Origin: Acidimicrobiia bacterium
GTDB taxonomy: Bacteria > Actinomycetota > Acidimicrobiia > Spongiisociales > JAHEDJ01
DNA: 63,316 nucleotides
Reading direction: 5' to 3'
Assembly: GCA_029210695.1 (NCBI GenBank)
Contig: JARGFH010000016.1
Span: forward strand, 1 to 63,316
Position 1 is the first letter of the stretch. The number at the start of each line of letters is the position of its first letter. The notes under the pieces are model-generated. The model was given only the letters and a program-made list of their open reading frames with translations, did not search any database and was not told the origin of the DNA. This document shows, piece by piece, positions 1-8,885 of this stretch. Made by a program: the position numbers and the translations under genes.

Positions 1-50
1 CCACGGACCCCGACTCCAACCGCCAGGGTCACTATGTCAGGCCACCCCTC

Positions 51-74
51 TTACACAGAGGATCTGACACGCCC
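51..74. mobile_element. Probable terminal inverted repeat of an IS256-like element whose body lies left of the window
   Basis: TTACACAGAGGATCTGACACGCCC; the reverse complement GGGCGTGTCAGATCCTCTGTGTAA resembles IS256-family ends. It sits where the following transposase frame is broken by a stop at 65-67. Confidence 0.4.
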
Positions 75-742
75 GGACGGTCCTCAACGCAGTCACCTTG
101 CTCGTCGAGGTGGCCTGGCCAATCATGTCGATCCCCCAAGCAATGAGTGTCGACAACGCCTTCGCTCGGACAACACATCCCAACAATCCCTGGACGCTCT
201 GGACCCGGACCTGTCTGTTCTTTGGGGTCGAAGTCGTCGTGTCACCACCCGGAGAGCTCGGCTGGACCAATCACGTTGAAGGCGACAACAACCTGTGGCA
301 GTCCCGCACCATCAACCGTCACTTCTGTCCCGATATCAACGCCGTCCGTGACATCTCCGACACGGCCTGCGACTGGTTCAACACCAAACGCCCCATCCTC
401 GATCCCAACCTCTGTGGCACTCGCTACCCAGCCGAACACATCGCCAACCACCGAGAGGCGCTGCGATGGCCACCCGACACCATCATCGCCGACCACCTCG
501 ATACCAAAGGCAAACTCCACATCCCCCTCGCAGCCGGGAGAGTCACCTTCCTCCGCCGCGTCGACCGAGAAACCGTCACCATTGCGCGGACCCGCTGGCC
601 TACCCCCGGCCTCCCAAACGGTGCGCTTGTCATCGCCTCAATCACCACCAGCGACAAGACGCTCACACTCCGACATCGCGGAGAAGACCTGGCACGCCTG
701 CCCTACCCGATCAACAAGCTGGAAACGATGTACTGGCGGTAA
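75..742 (+). pseudogene. 5'-truncated DDE integrase-core (rve, IS481-like) transposase
   Basis: IPQAMSVDNA...GVEVVVSPPGELGWTNHVE...WFNTKRP matches the rve core pattern. The N-terminal HTH is missing, and GTCAACGATGTCCTGAC at about 746-762 resembles an IS481-type end. Confidence 0.6.
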
Positions 743-783
743 ACCGTCAACGATGTCCTGACGGTTCCCCCCTACTGCCTAGA

Positions 784-967
784 GCTCATTGCCTAAGGCA
801 CATGGCCACGGCTCACTGCTCGTGTCCGACGGTTCCATGGCCACGGCCTACGGCTCACTGCTCGTGTCCGACGGTTCCATGGCCACGGCCTACGGCTCAC
901 TGCTCGTGTCCGACGGCTCCATGCCTATGGCCCAAGGCTCATTGCCTAAGGCCCAGGGCCACAGCTC
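784..967. repeat. Three tandem 42-bp repeats (808-933) bracketed by an imperfect direct repeat of about 30 bp
   Basis: ACGGCTCACTGCTCGTGTCCGACGGTTCCATGGCCACGGCCT at 808 and 850, degenerate at 892; GCTCATTGCCTAAGGC at 784 and 937. Confidence 0.9.
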
Positions 968-968
968 G

Positions 969-2246
969 CTACTCACGATTGCTGTACTTGTCTACCTCGA
1001 GAAACAACCCGTCGATGCCGGTCACCACAATCGCATCACCCTCACCGATCCCCGCCTCTCGCCGGGCGGTCGCCTTCCAGCGAGCCCCATCCACCTGGAC
1101 CTCGCCGTCGGGAACGAGCGCACCAGCAGCCACGCCTGAACGCCCGACCATGTGTTCCCGGCCGATGGTCGGAGTTGAGAACCGCGCCCTGGCAACCGTC
1201 GGCATGGCGAACTGATAGAAGAGCCACACGCCGATGACCGCAAAGACAACACCCCATGCATTGGGAACGATTTGAGGAGATCCGTCGGTGAACGTGAATC
1301 CACCGATTAGCTGGAGAGACGCTCCGAGCACGCTCAAGACCCTGAAGCGGCCCCGTTGGTAGTCGACATTGAAGAGCCATGCACCGAGAAGGACCAGCAG
1401 GATCCCCCACCATCGCAGGGGGAGGTTGACCAGGCCGTATCCCGCCATGAGCAAGGAGGCGGCTGCCACACCGGCGGCCACTCCGGGCCCGATCGCATAG
1501 AACTCGAACGCCGCAATCGCCAAACCGGCGATCAGGAAGAAGAAGGCGGCCTCGGGAGCCAATGCCGTCCGAGCAGTCCGAGTCACAACCCCGGGTTGGC
1601 GGAAGCGGACCGGAACCGTGGTCGTGATGGTCTGGCCGTCAACCTCCACTTCACGAACGGTGGAGAGGGAGATCGTCTCTCCTGCAACGACAAAGGTCGC
1701 TCCATCCAGGGCGGCGACTGCCTGGCTATCGGCGGGTGGTGTGGCGTCTATGAGACCCGCAAGCGGGGAACTGACTTCAAACGTGTCTTTGAGACTCTCG
1801 ATGTCCTCGAGTGTGATGCCGGCATGGATCTCCAATCCCCCGCCGGTACCCGCCACCCTCGGACTCAGATAACCGATCTCGGAGCCGAGCGCCGCCAGCC
1901 TGACCGGAGCCGCGAGAAACAACTGAAGAGCACCGCCGTAGGCGCGTGCGGGCGCAGGGCCGACCCACACCGCCACAGGCAGCGGAGGGTTGCGAACCAG
2001 GTCGATGAGGTCATCGATCTCGTCCGAGAGAGCACCGGGGGAATCTATCTGGATGATCACCGCCAGGGCCCCGTCCTCGGCGGACGCTTCTATCTCATCG
2101 ATGACGTAGCCGATTCCCAGCCCGTCCAGTGGTCCCTTGATCTCGATGATGTCTACCGGTGCATCACCTTCCTGAGCAGCTACAGGCATCGCGACGACAA
2201 GCGCGGCAAGCAGAAGCACCGTGGAGGAGAAGCGGCGAAGCATCAC
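969..2246 (-). CDS. nfeD: NfeD-family membrane protein (ClpP-like N-domain, TM region, C-terminal OB fold)
   Basis: Signal peptide, IDSPG motif, multiple TM helices, C-terminal G.V.VDGARWKA...GDAIVVTGIDGLFLEV. Confidence 0.85.
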   Translation of the reverse strand: MMLRRFSSTVLLLAALVVAMPVAAQEGDAPVDIIEIKGPLDGLGIGYVIDEIEASAEDGALAVIIQIDSPGALSDEIDDLIDLVRNPPLPVAVWVGPAPARAYGGALQLFLAAPVRLAALGSEIGYLSPRVAGTGGGLEIHAGITLEDIESLKDTFEVSSPLAGLIDATPPADSQAVAALDGATFVVAGETISLSTVREVEVDGQTITTTVPVRFRQPGVVTRTARTALAPEAAFFFLIAGLAIAAFEFYAIGPGVAAGVAAASLLMAGYGLVNLPLRWWGILLVLLGAWLFNVDYQRGRFRVLSVLGASLQLIGGFTFTDGSPQIVPNAWGVVFAVIGVWLFYQFAMPTVARARFSTPTIGREHMVGRSGVAAGALVPDGEVQVDGARWKATARREAGIGEGDAIVVTGIDGLFLEVDKYSNRE

Positions 2247-2345
2247 GACATCGTACTCAGAACGTCGAACCTAGGACTCAACCTGACTATGTCTCGCCAA
2301 TCTCCGATGGTGCTGCCTCACCTCGCTCCGGCTAAAGTTCCCGCT

Positions 2346-2726
2346 ATGTCGAAGGTGCTGCTCGTAGCGGATGCACCCTGGGTTCGAAACCAGGTGGCGG
2401 GCGCCCTCAGCGATTCAGGAACCGAATTGCGCGAGGTCACCGATCCGCGTGCTGCGGTCGATGAGGTCATCGACTTCGATCCCGACGTGATCATCATCGA
2501 TATGCAGATCGGGAGCATGGGCGGCATGGCCGTCGCCAGAGCCGTTCGCGATAGTGCGTATGAGACTCATCTCGCCGACGTTCCGCTTGTGCTGCTACTC
2601 GATCGGGCCGCCGACGCGTTCATCGCCAAGCGGGCTTCGGCTCATGCCTGGCTCACGAAGCCCTTAACCGCCCAGGATCTCCGGGCCACTTTGGAGCAGG
2701 TGCAGGGCGCCGGGGCCATCCGCTGA
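2346..2726 (+). CDS. Single-domain response regulator receiver
   Basis: MSKVLLVAD...VIIIDMQIGSMGG...WLTKP receiver motifs. Confidence 0.85.
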   Translation: MSKVLLVADAPWVRNQVAGALSDSGTELREVTDPRAAVDEVIDFDPDVIIIDMQIGSMGGMAVARAVRDSAYETHLADVPLVLLLDRAADAFIAKRASAHAWLTKPLTAQDLRATLEQVQGAGAIR

Positions 2727-2757
2727 CGGGGTTCCACCCCGGTGCGACGGCACGACC

Positions 2758-4032
2758 ATGATCCCACTGTTGGCCATATTGACCGTGTGTGTCACTGCTT
2801 CCGGTTTTCTCTCCGGTTCGGAGACCGCGCTCATTGCCATCCCGCGCGAGCGGGTGCACCAACTCGAGGACAAGAGTCGGAGTGGCCGGTATCTCGCCTT
2901 GCTTACAAGTGATCCCGAGCGAACGCTCGGCACATTGCTGGTCGCCAACAACTTCGTGAACATCCTCGGTGCTTCGGTCGCCACCGTCATCGCCATCCAG
3001 CTCATTGAAGGTGGTTTCGGCGAAGAGGCGGGATCGGTTTGGGGCCCGTGGGCGTCGACCCTGCTGTTCACAGCCCTCATCCTCATTGTCGGCGAGATTA
3101 CGCCGAAGACCCTGGCTGCACGGTACCCGGATCAATTCTCGCTGGTGGTTGCCCGACCCATCTGGTTTCTCACCCGAGCGATCAGCCCCATTACCCGCGT
3201 GTTCGTGGGTATTGGCAGAGCCATTCTCCGTCTGTTCGGGGCGACGGACCTATGGGTGAGCCCGATCACGGAAGGGGACATCAAGGCAATGGCCAAGCTC
3301 GGAGAAGCGGCCGGGGAAATCGAATCGGCCGAACGAGCCATCATCGATTCCGTCTTCCGTCTCTCGGACCGGCCGGTGCGCGACGCCATGACCCGTCGGG
3401 TCGACATCGTTCCGTTGATTGCGCCCCTCACCAAGGAGAGCATCCGCTCGGCTGTCATCCGGACGGGGCATTCCCGGTATCCCGTCGTTGCAGAGGACGG
3501 GAACCTGGATCACATCCTGGGCATCTTCTACGCCAAGGATCTCCTGCGATCCGCAGACAATCTTCCACCGCCGCGCCTCATCCGCCTGCTCCGGGAGCCG
3601 CACTACGTGCCGGAGAGCACCCCGGTGCTCGATGTGTTCCAGCAGATGCGTCACCATCGGCTGGGTTTCGCCGTCGTGCTCGACGAGCATGGTGGAGTCG
3701 ACGGCATCGTGACCATCAAGGATCTGGTGGCTGAACTCGTCGGAGAACTCCAGGACGAGTACGACCCGGGTATCCCGGAGGCTGTTCCGATCGGTCACAG
3801 AACGTGGATGGTTGACGGTCGCATGCCTGTGGAAGATCTTGCCGCAGCCATTGCGGAGGAACTGCCCGAAGGCCCCTACGCCACAGTCAGCGGCCTGTTC
3901 CTCTTCTTGTCGGGAGACATCCCGGAGGAGGGGTCGATTGTCGAACACGACGGAACACAATTCGTCGTTGACCGCATGGACAAACTCCGAATCGACCGGA
4001 TTCGCGTGGAGACCGGGTTCGAGCATCCCTGA
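2758..4032 (+). CDS. Hemolysin/CNNM (DUF21)-CBS-CorC metal efflux family protein
   Basis: FLSGSETAL, GEITPKTLA, HSRYPV, VLDEHGGVDGIVTIKDLVAELVGEL. Confidence 0.92.
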   Translation: MIPLLAILTVCVTASGFLSGSETALIAIPRERVHQLEDKSRSGRYLALLTSDPERTLGTLLVANNFVNILGASVATVIAIQLIEGGFGEEAGSVWGPWASTLLFTALILIVGEITPKTLAARYPDQFSLVVARPIWFLTRAISPITRVFVGIGRAILRLFGATDLWVSPITEGDIKAMAKLGEAAGEIESAERAIIDSVFRLSDRPVRDAMTRRVDIVPLIAPLTKESIRSAVIRTGHSRYPVVAEDGNLDHILGIFYAKDLLRSADNLPPPRLIRLLREPHYVPESTPVLDVFQQMRHHRLGFAVVLDEHGGVDGIVTIKDLVAELVGELQDEYDPGIPEAVPIGHRTWMVDGRMPVEDLAAAIAEELPEGPYATVSGLFLFLSGDIPEEGSIVEHDGTQFVVDRMDKLRIDRIRVETGFEHP

Positions 4033-4060
4033 ACCGAGTATCATGCTGCCCCACACAGAT

Positions 4061-4134
4061 CGGGACGTGGCGCAGCATGGCAGCGCGCAGCGTTCGGGAC
4101 GCTGAGGTCGTGGGTTCAAGTCCCACCGTCCCGA
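4061..4134 (+). tRNA. tRNA-Pro (anticodon CGG); CCA not encoded
   Basis: Acceptor stem CGGGACG/CGTCCCG, anticodon arm CAGCG-TTCGGGA-CGCTG, T-loop GGTTCAAGTCC. Confidence 0.95.
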
Positions 4135-5170
4135 CTAGAGAAACACCAGGTGAAGGCCGCCCGCAAGGGCGGCCTCTGGTTTTGGATGTCGTTTCCATCG
4201 CGCGTCAGAGGAGGCCTCGTTGTGTGCAACTGACGGTGACGGGTTACATCGGTGGGCTCCTGCGTCTTCTGTCGTAGTCGTTCGTATGGGGTTTGGCCGT
4301 CGAGGCCGCCGTGGGGTCGGTTGAAGTTGTAGAAGTCCTCCCACTCTTGCAGCTTGTCGTTGAAGAGGGCGGTGTCGTCGATGACCATTCCGTCGAGCAT
4401 CCGGTAGAACTCTTCTTCGTCGATCCGATGCGACCTCTCGACCTTGCCGTTGAGACGGGGTGTGGCTGGTTTGATGTAGACGTGTCTGATGCCTCGGTCC
4501 AAGACGTGGTAGTGGAATTGGGTGCCGAACTCTCCACCGTTGTCGGTTTGGATCACGTCCACCCGGAAGGGCAGTTTGGCCAGCAGGTAGTCGAGGAACT
4601 GGATGGCCGTTTTCTGGTTGCAGCGGGGGTAGACCCTGAGCACTCGCAGTCGGGTGCAGTCGTCGATAGCGGTGAACTGATAGAAGCGTTTCCCGGCTCC
4701 TCCCACCGGGGTGATGAACTTGACGTCGACCTGGACGGCGTGCCCCGGCTTGGGTTTCTCATAGCGCTTCCAGCGTTTCTGATAGGTCTTGTGCTTCTGG
4801 GAGGCCGGCAGCCGGTTCAGCTCAAGACGCTGCAAGATCCGCCACACCCCCGACTTGGAGACTTCGATGTCGTGGTGGCGCTTCAGATACATGGAGATCT
4901 TCCCTGGTCCGAAGTGGTAGTTCTGTCTCAGGTAGATGATCTTGCCCACCACCTCAGCGGAGGTGGCATTAGGACTGTGGTGGGGACGATGGGACTTGTT
5001 ACGGAGCCCTCGAGCCCTTTCTCCTCGTACCTGCGCAGCCACCGGTAGAAGGTTTGGCGGGTAATCCCGTAATACCGGCAGGTCTGGGCCACGTTGCCGG
5101 TCACTTCCTCAGCATGTTGGATGATCGCCAAACGATGATTCACCAGTCGCTGTTGTTCCCTCTCAGTCAT
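4116..5170 (-). pseudogene. IS481 transposase with a one-base frameshift near 5006
   Basis: An N-terminal HTH frame (4928-5170) and a DDE frame (VQVDVK, IDDCTR, QTDNGGEF, NGKVERSH) join only by changing frame at EG/LRNKS. Confidence 0.85.
4143..4184 (+). terminator. Intrinsic terminator-like hairpin after the tRNA
   Basis: AGGCCGCCC-GCAA-GGGCGGCCT followed by CTGGTTTT. Confidence 0.7.
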
Positions 5171-5228
5171 CGGTTCTCCTCGTCTAGTTGGAGAACCCTA
5201 CGTGTAACCAATCTCCGTCAGTTCGACA
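4221..5228 (-). mobile_element. IS481-family insertion sequence with a 12-bp target duplication
   Basis: 26-bp imperfect IRs with TGT...ACA ends (4223-4248 and 5203-5228, 21/26 match); direct repeat AGGAGGCCTCGT at 4209-4220 and 5229-5240. Confidence 0.9.
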
Positions 5229-5420
5229 AGGAGGCCTCGTCCGCGATCCTGGTCCCGGCGGGGAAGAAATCGGTCGCCGAGACGGTCGGCGGCTTGCCGG
5301 TCGGCTTCGGTGGTGGCCTGGGCGTAGATGCCCAAGGTGAGCCGGGGGTCGGTGTGACCGAGGCGAGTCTGTGCCGTCTTGATATCGACGCCTTCGAGGA
5401 CGAGTCCGGCGGCGAACCGC
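5229..5420 (-). pseudogene. C-terminal remnant of a tyrosine recombinase (integrase)
   Basis: GVDIKTAQTRLGHTDPRLTLGIYAQ (LGH...Y motif); the upstream HxLR motif and N-terminus are absent; adjacent to the tRNA. Confidence 0.8.
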
Positions 5421-5552
5421 CCAGGCAGCCGGCGGGGAAGCCTATTGGGAGGCAGGTCGGCCATCGGGGACGGTGGTTCGAGTGGTGCTGCCGGTGGCCG
5501 GCGGTGGCCGCCCCCTGGTCCGCTCACCTGATCGCTTTCGGCTCTTCGACAA

Positions 5553-6410
5553 TCAGCCCAGAGCCGCCCGCAGTTCGGTTGAATCCATCACACCTTCAAA
5601 TCGATGGGTGACGACCCCTCTGCCGTCGACGACGAAGACCCATGGCTCCGACGGAAGATTCCATCCCGATGAGGTAACAGCCGGAGCCAGGTGCGCACCA
5701 TCGGGAACGAAGTCGGGATCCGTGAACCCCGTGTAGATCTCCACGTGCACGAAGTTGACGTTGGGGTAGCCAGCGGCGACCTCCTTGGTCTGTTCGAGCA
5801 CCGGACCGCACGTTGCCGTGCGGCAGAAGGCAGGGGTGCTGAACACCACTACGGTGGGCGTCCCCGACCGAACAGCTTCGTCTAGAGACATCCGGTAGAA
5901 ACGTGGATCGGGTTCTGGATCGGTGGTGATGGCGTCGAGGCTTTGGTCCTCCCCGGTCGGTGTTGACACCAGCGGGGCCAAATCGCCAACGTTGGGAGCG
6001 ATGGTCTCTTCATACACGACCACGGTGCTCGGTGCGAGGGGGCGGCCGGCTTCGGGCACAACCGTCACGTTCCAGGGGCCAGGTCGACTGAAGTCGAAAT
6101 CGGCTCGATACAGACCAAAGGCGTCCTCGATGATCCAGGTGAAGACGCCGGTGGTGCGCTGTCGCAACTCGGGCTGATCGGCCGGGGCAACCTCGATGGC
6201 GATGATGTCCTGCGGCGAGCCAAGGCGACCACCGTCGCTTTCCGCCACCGCGACGTTCAAACGGGACGGCCCGACGGCGACGTCCGTACTCGCGATGATG
6301 GAGATGGCTCCATCCGGGAAGCCGCCGGTGTCAGGGCTCGGCTGCTCATTGAGGCCGCCACATGCCGACGCCACCACCACCAGTGTTGCGACGATTGCGA
6401 TGCGTCTCAT
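5553..6410 (-). CDS. Lipoprotein with a C-terminal thioredoxin-like domain
   Basis: Lipobox ASAC; STPAFCRTATCGP; SEPWVFVVD. Confidence 0.75.
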   Translation of the reverse strand: MRRIAIVATLVVVASACGGLNEQPSPDTGGFPDGAISIIASTDVAVGPSRLNVAVAESDGGRLGSPQDIIAIEVAPADQPELRQRTTGVFTWIIEDAFGLYRADFDFSRPGPWNVTVVPEAGRPLAPSTVVVYEETIAPNVGDLAPLVSTPTGEDQSLDAITTDPEPDPRFYRMSLDEAVRSGTPTVVVFSTPAFCRTATCGPVLEQTKEVAAGYPNVNFVHVEIYTGFTDPDFVPDGAHLAPAVTSSGWNLPSEPWVFVVDGRGVVTHRFEGVMDSTELRAALG

Positions 6411-6772
6411 TCGGAATCCACCACTTCTGTGGCGATCAGCAGGTCGCCTTCTTGGTGGAACTCGACTCGCACTGGTGCTCCGCTGACCAGGTGATCCCGG
6501 ATGTGCGAGAGGGGGCCACCCTCGAAGAGGAGGCCCGGTTGGGGGGTCAGTTCGAGAGTCGAGCCGTCGGCTAGCAGGATCGAGAAGCTGCCGACATCGA
6601 CGAGACCGCCGTCGACGACCACCACTACGCCGGTTTCGTGCTGACTCGAGTGCGGGTCGGTCCCGGCGGGCGAGTCCGCCGGATCAGGTGTCTCCGTCCC
6701 GCCGACCGCCGAGCATCCTGCCAGAAGGCCCAGGGCTAGAAGGAGAAGTCCGCGCGCAGCCCGCAACCTCAT
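6407..6772 (-). CDS. Small hypothetical lipoprotein
   Basis: Lipobox LAGC; 4-bp overlaps with both neighbours; SHIRDH motif. Confidence 0.7.
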   Translation of the reverse strand: MRLRAARGLLLLALGLLAGCSAVGGTETPDPADSPAGTDPHSSQHETGVVVVVDGGLVDVGSFSILLADGSTLELTPQPGLLFEGGPLSHIRDHLVSGAPVRVEFHQEGDLLIATEVVDSE

Positions 6773-8667
6773 GTTCCGTCTGAGTCAGCGGTCGCGGGGA
6801 TTTTGGAATCGCGAGCGATGAGAATGACGAACCCGGCTGCCAACATCAGCAGGAGCAGGGTGGCGATGTTGCCGGCCATCAGGGCGACATTGCTGGTGGA
6901 CGGTGTCGTCGAGGAACCGCGAGAAGGGGTGGCCCCCGATCCGCTCGCACCCGTGGTGAGGTTCTCCGACCCCGTGGTTCCACCCCCATCGACAGGTTGT
7001 GTAGCCGCAACCACAGTCACACGACCGACCATCTCGGGATGGATGATGCAGAAGTACTCGATCACACCCACCTGATCGAACTGCATGGTCCAACTCTCGC
7101 CGGTCATCAGGAATCCTGAATCGAAGCTCTCGTCTCGGGCCGTGACAGTGTGCGGAAGTTCACCGATGTTGCTCCACGTGACGCTGCTTCCCGCCTGCAC
7201 CTCGATGTCCAACGGGTCGTAGGCGTTGTCGACCATGTCGACTACCACCGCCCCCGCGGGGCCGGCGGCGGATCCTCCCCTTTGGTCGACGAGCAATCGA
7301 TCCTGGTCCCCCCCGCCGGTGTCGTCTCCGCTCGTGAGTGGTGCTTCGCCGCTGCTGTCGGTGACGAGGATGGTGCCGGTCATCTCCGGGTGGAGGGTGC
7401 AGAGGTAGTTGAAGGTTCCCGGGCTGATGAAGGTATGGCTCCAGGTGTCGCCGCTCATCATAAAGCCCGAGTCGAACTGGCCGAGGGCGGTGACGGTGTG
7501 CGGCAGTTCGCCTAAATTCACCCAACTGACGGTAGACCCGACGGATATCGTGCGACTGCGTGGTTGATAGTCGTTGTCGACAACGTTGATCGCGCCGCGC
7601 GGTGCCGCCGGCGGATCCGATGGTGGTGGTGGTGGTGGTGTAGTTGGGTCTGCCGGAGGTGGTGCCTCGCCGCTGCTGTCGGTGACGAGGATGGTGCCGG
7701 TCATCTCCGAGTGGAGGGTGCAGAGGTAGTTGAAGGTTCCCGGGCTGGTGAAGGTATGGCTCCAGGTGTCGCCGCTCATCAGTATCCCTGAGTCGAACTG
7801 GCCGGCGGCGGTTGCCGTGTGCGGTAGCGCTCCCGTGTTGGCCCAACTCACGGTCGAGCCGACCGCGACGGTCATCGTGCCCGGCAAGTAGTCGTTGTCG
7901 ATGATCGAGACGTCACCCGTCCCGGGCGGTAGAGGGGGCGGAGGAGGAGGGGGCGGAGGAGGAGGTGGAGGCGGTGGCGGAGGCTCTCCGCCGCTGCCCC
8001 CCACCACAACAGTCCCCACCATGTCCGGATGGATGATGCAGAAATACTCGACGGTGGCAGGATTCGTGAAGGTACGCGAGAAACTCTGGCCCGCATCGAA
8101 GATTCCACTGTCCCAAGACCCATCCCGAGCGGTGACCGTGTGCTGGCGATCCTGATTGACCCAGGTCACCGTTCCGCCGACGCTCACGGTTATGGATCCC
8201 GGCCGAAACGTGTCATCGAGAATCATCACGTCGCCGGTCGGCGGAGGCGGGGGTGGCGGCACTCCTGGGTCACCTGAAGCCGTGGTCACGATGATCGTGC
8301 CGTAGTAGCTCGAGTCGTCTCGATCACGGTCGTCCATATACAGATAGGTGCCTTCGACGTCGAACGTGACTGCGAAGCCCTGACCAGGGTCGAGATTGCC
8401 AGAATCGAAGTCGACCGGTCCAGAGGTCGTCCGCATGCGGTGTCGGGTCTCGTCGTTGTTGCTCCAGGTCACCGTATCTCCGACGTCGATGGTCAGGTCA
8501 CGGGGGGTCAACGTGTCGGTGATTGATACGGTCGACTCTGCCGCAGAGGCGATGGGCGGAAACAGGGCGAGCACCACGAGGCTGGCCACCAAACCTCGGA
8601 GCATCCTGCGCGCAGAATGGCGAGGCTTGCTTGTCGCTCTCGGAGAGCCGGAAACCGATGCACTCAT
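6769..8667 (-). CDS. Secreted, C-terminally membrane-anchored protein with five plastocyanin-like cupredoxin domains
   Basis: Signal peptide; four domains with H-T-x-T...Y-x-C-x2-H-x2-M type-1 Cu ligands plus one degenerate domain; poly-Pro linkers; C-terminal TM helix. Confidence 0.88.
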   Translation of the reverse strand: MSASVSGSPRATSKPRHSARRMLRGLVASLVVLALFPPIASAAESTVSITDTLTPRDLTIDVGDTVTWSNNDETRHRMRTTSGPVDFDSGNLDPGQGFAVTFDVEGTYLYMDDRDRDDSSYYGTIIVTTASGDPGVPPPPPPPTGDVMILDDTFRPGSITVSVGGTVTWVNQDRQHTVTARDGSWDSGIFDAGQSFSRTFTNPATVEYFCIIHPDMVGTVVVGGSGGEPPPPPPPPPPPPPPPPPLPPGTGDVSIIDNDYLPGTMTVAVGSTVSWANTGALPHTATAAGQFDSGILMSGDTWSHTFTSPGTFNYLCTLHSEMTGTILVTDSSGEAPPPADPTTPPPPPPSDPPAAPRGAINVVDNDYQPRSRTISVGSTVSWVNLGELPHTVTALGQFDSGFMMSGDTWSHTFISPGTFNYLCTLHPEMTGTILVTDSSGEAPLTSGDDTGGGDQDRLLVDQRGGSAAGPAGAVVVDMVDNAYDPLDIEVQAGSSVTWSNIGELPHTVTARDESFDSGFLMTGESWTMQFDQVGVIEYFCIIHPEMVGRVTVVAATQPVDGGGTTGSENLTTGASGSGATPSRGSSTTPSTSNVALMAGNIATLLLLMLAAGFVILIARDSKIPATADSDGT

Positions 8668-8885
8668 CGTGGGGTGACCTCGTTGGTTCGTGTTCGTTCG
8701 TCGGGGGTGCGTGGTTCAACCCCGCGCTCGGGCAGGTGTGAAGCAGCCTGATGCAAACCTGGTTAGTGAGTCCTCCGGCGGTAGTAAGAAAATCGTAAAG
8801 CCGGAGACGGCTCGCACCTGCAAAGCTCGGCTCCATCCGGCACCCTGGTCGCTCGGCGTTCCCGATCGGCCAAACAGCGAGTAGC

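Noticed and set aside
808..933. Possible CRISPR array
   Set aside because: The units are contiguous tandem copies without unique spacers, and there are no cas genes in the window.
1356..2345. 5' part of the 456-aa ORF 1356-2726
   Set aside because: It is antisense to nfeD; only the receiver domain from 2346 is credible.
7620..7985. (GGT)n/(GGA)n microsatellites as phase-variation tracts
   Set aside because: They are triplet repeats encoding poly-Pro linkers; length change would not shift the frame.
8782..8800. GTAAG-N6-GTAAAG direct repeat as a response-regulator box upstream of the cupredoxin gene
   Set aside because: It is too short, occurs once and has no cognate DNA-binding regulator nearby, so it cannot be supported.
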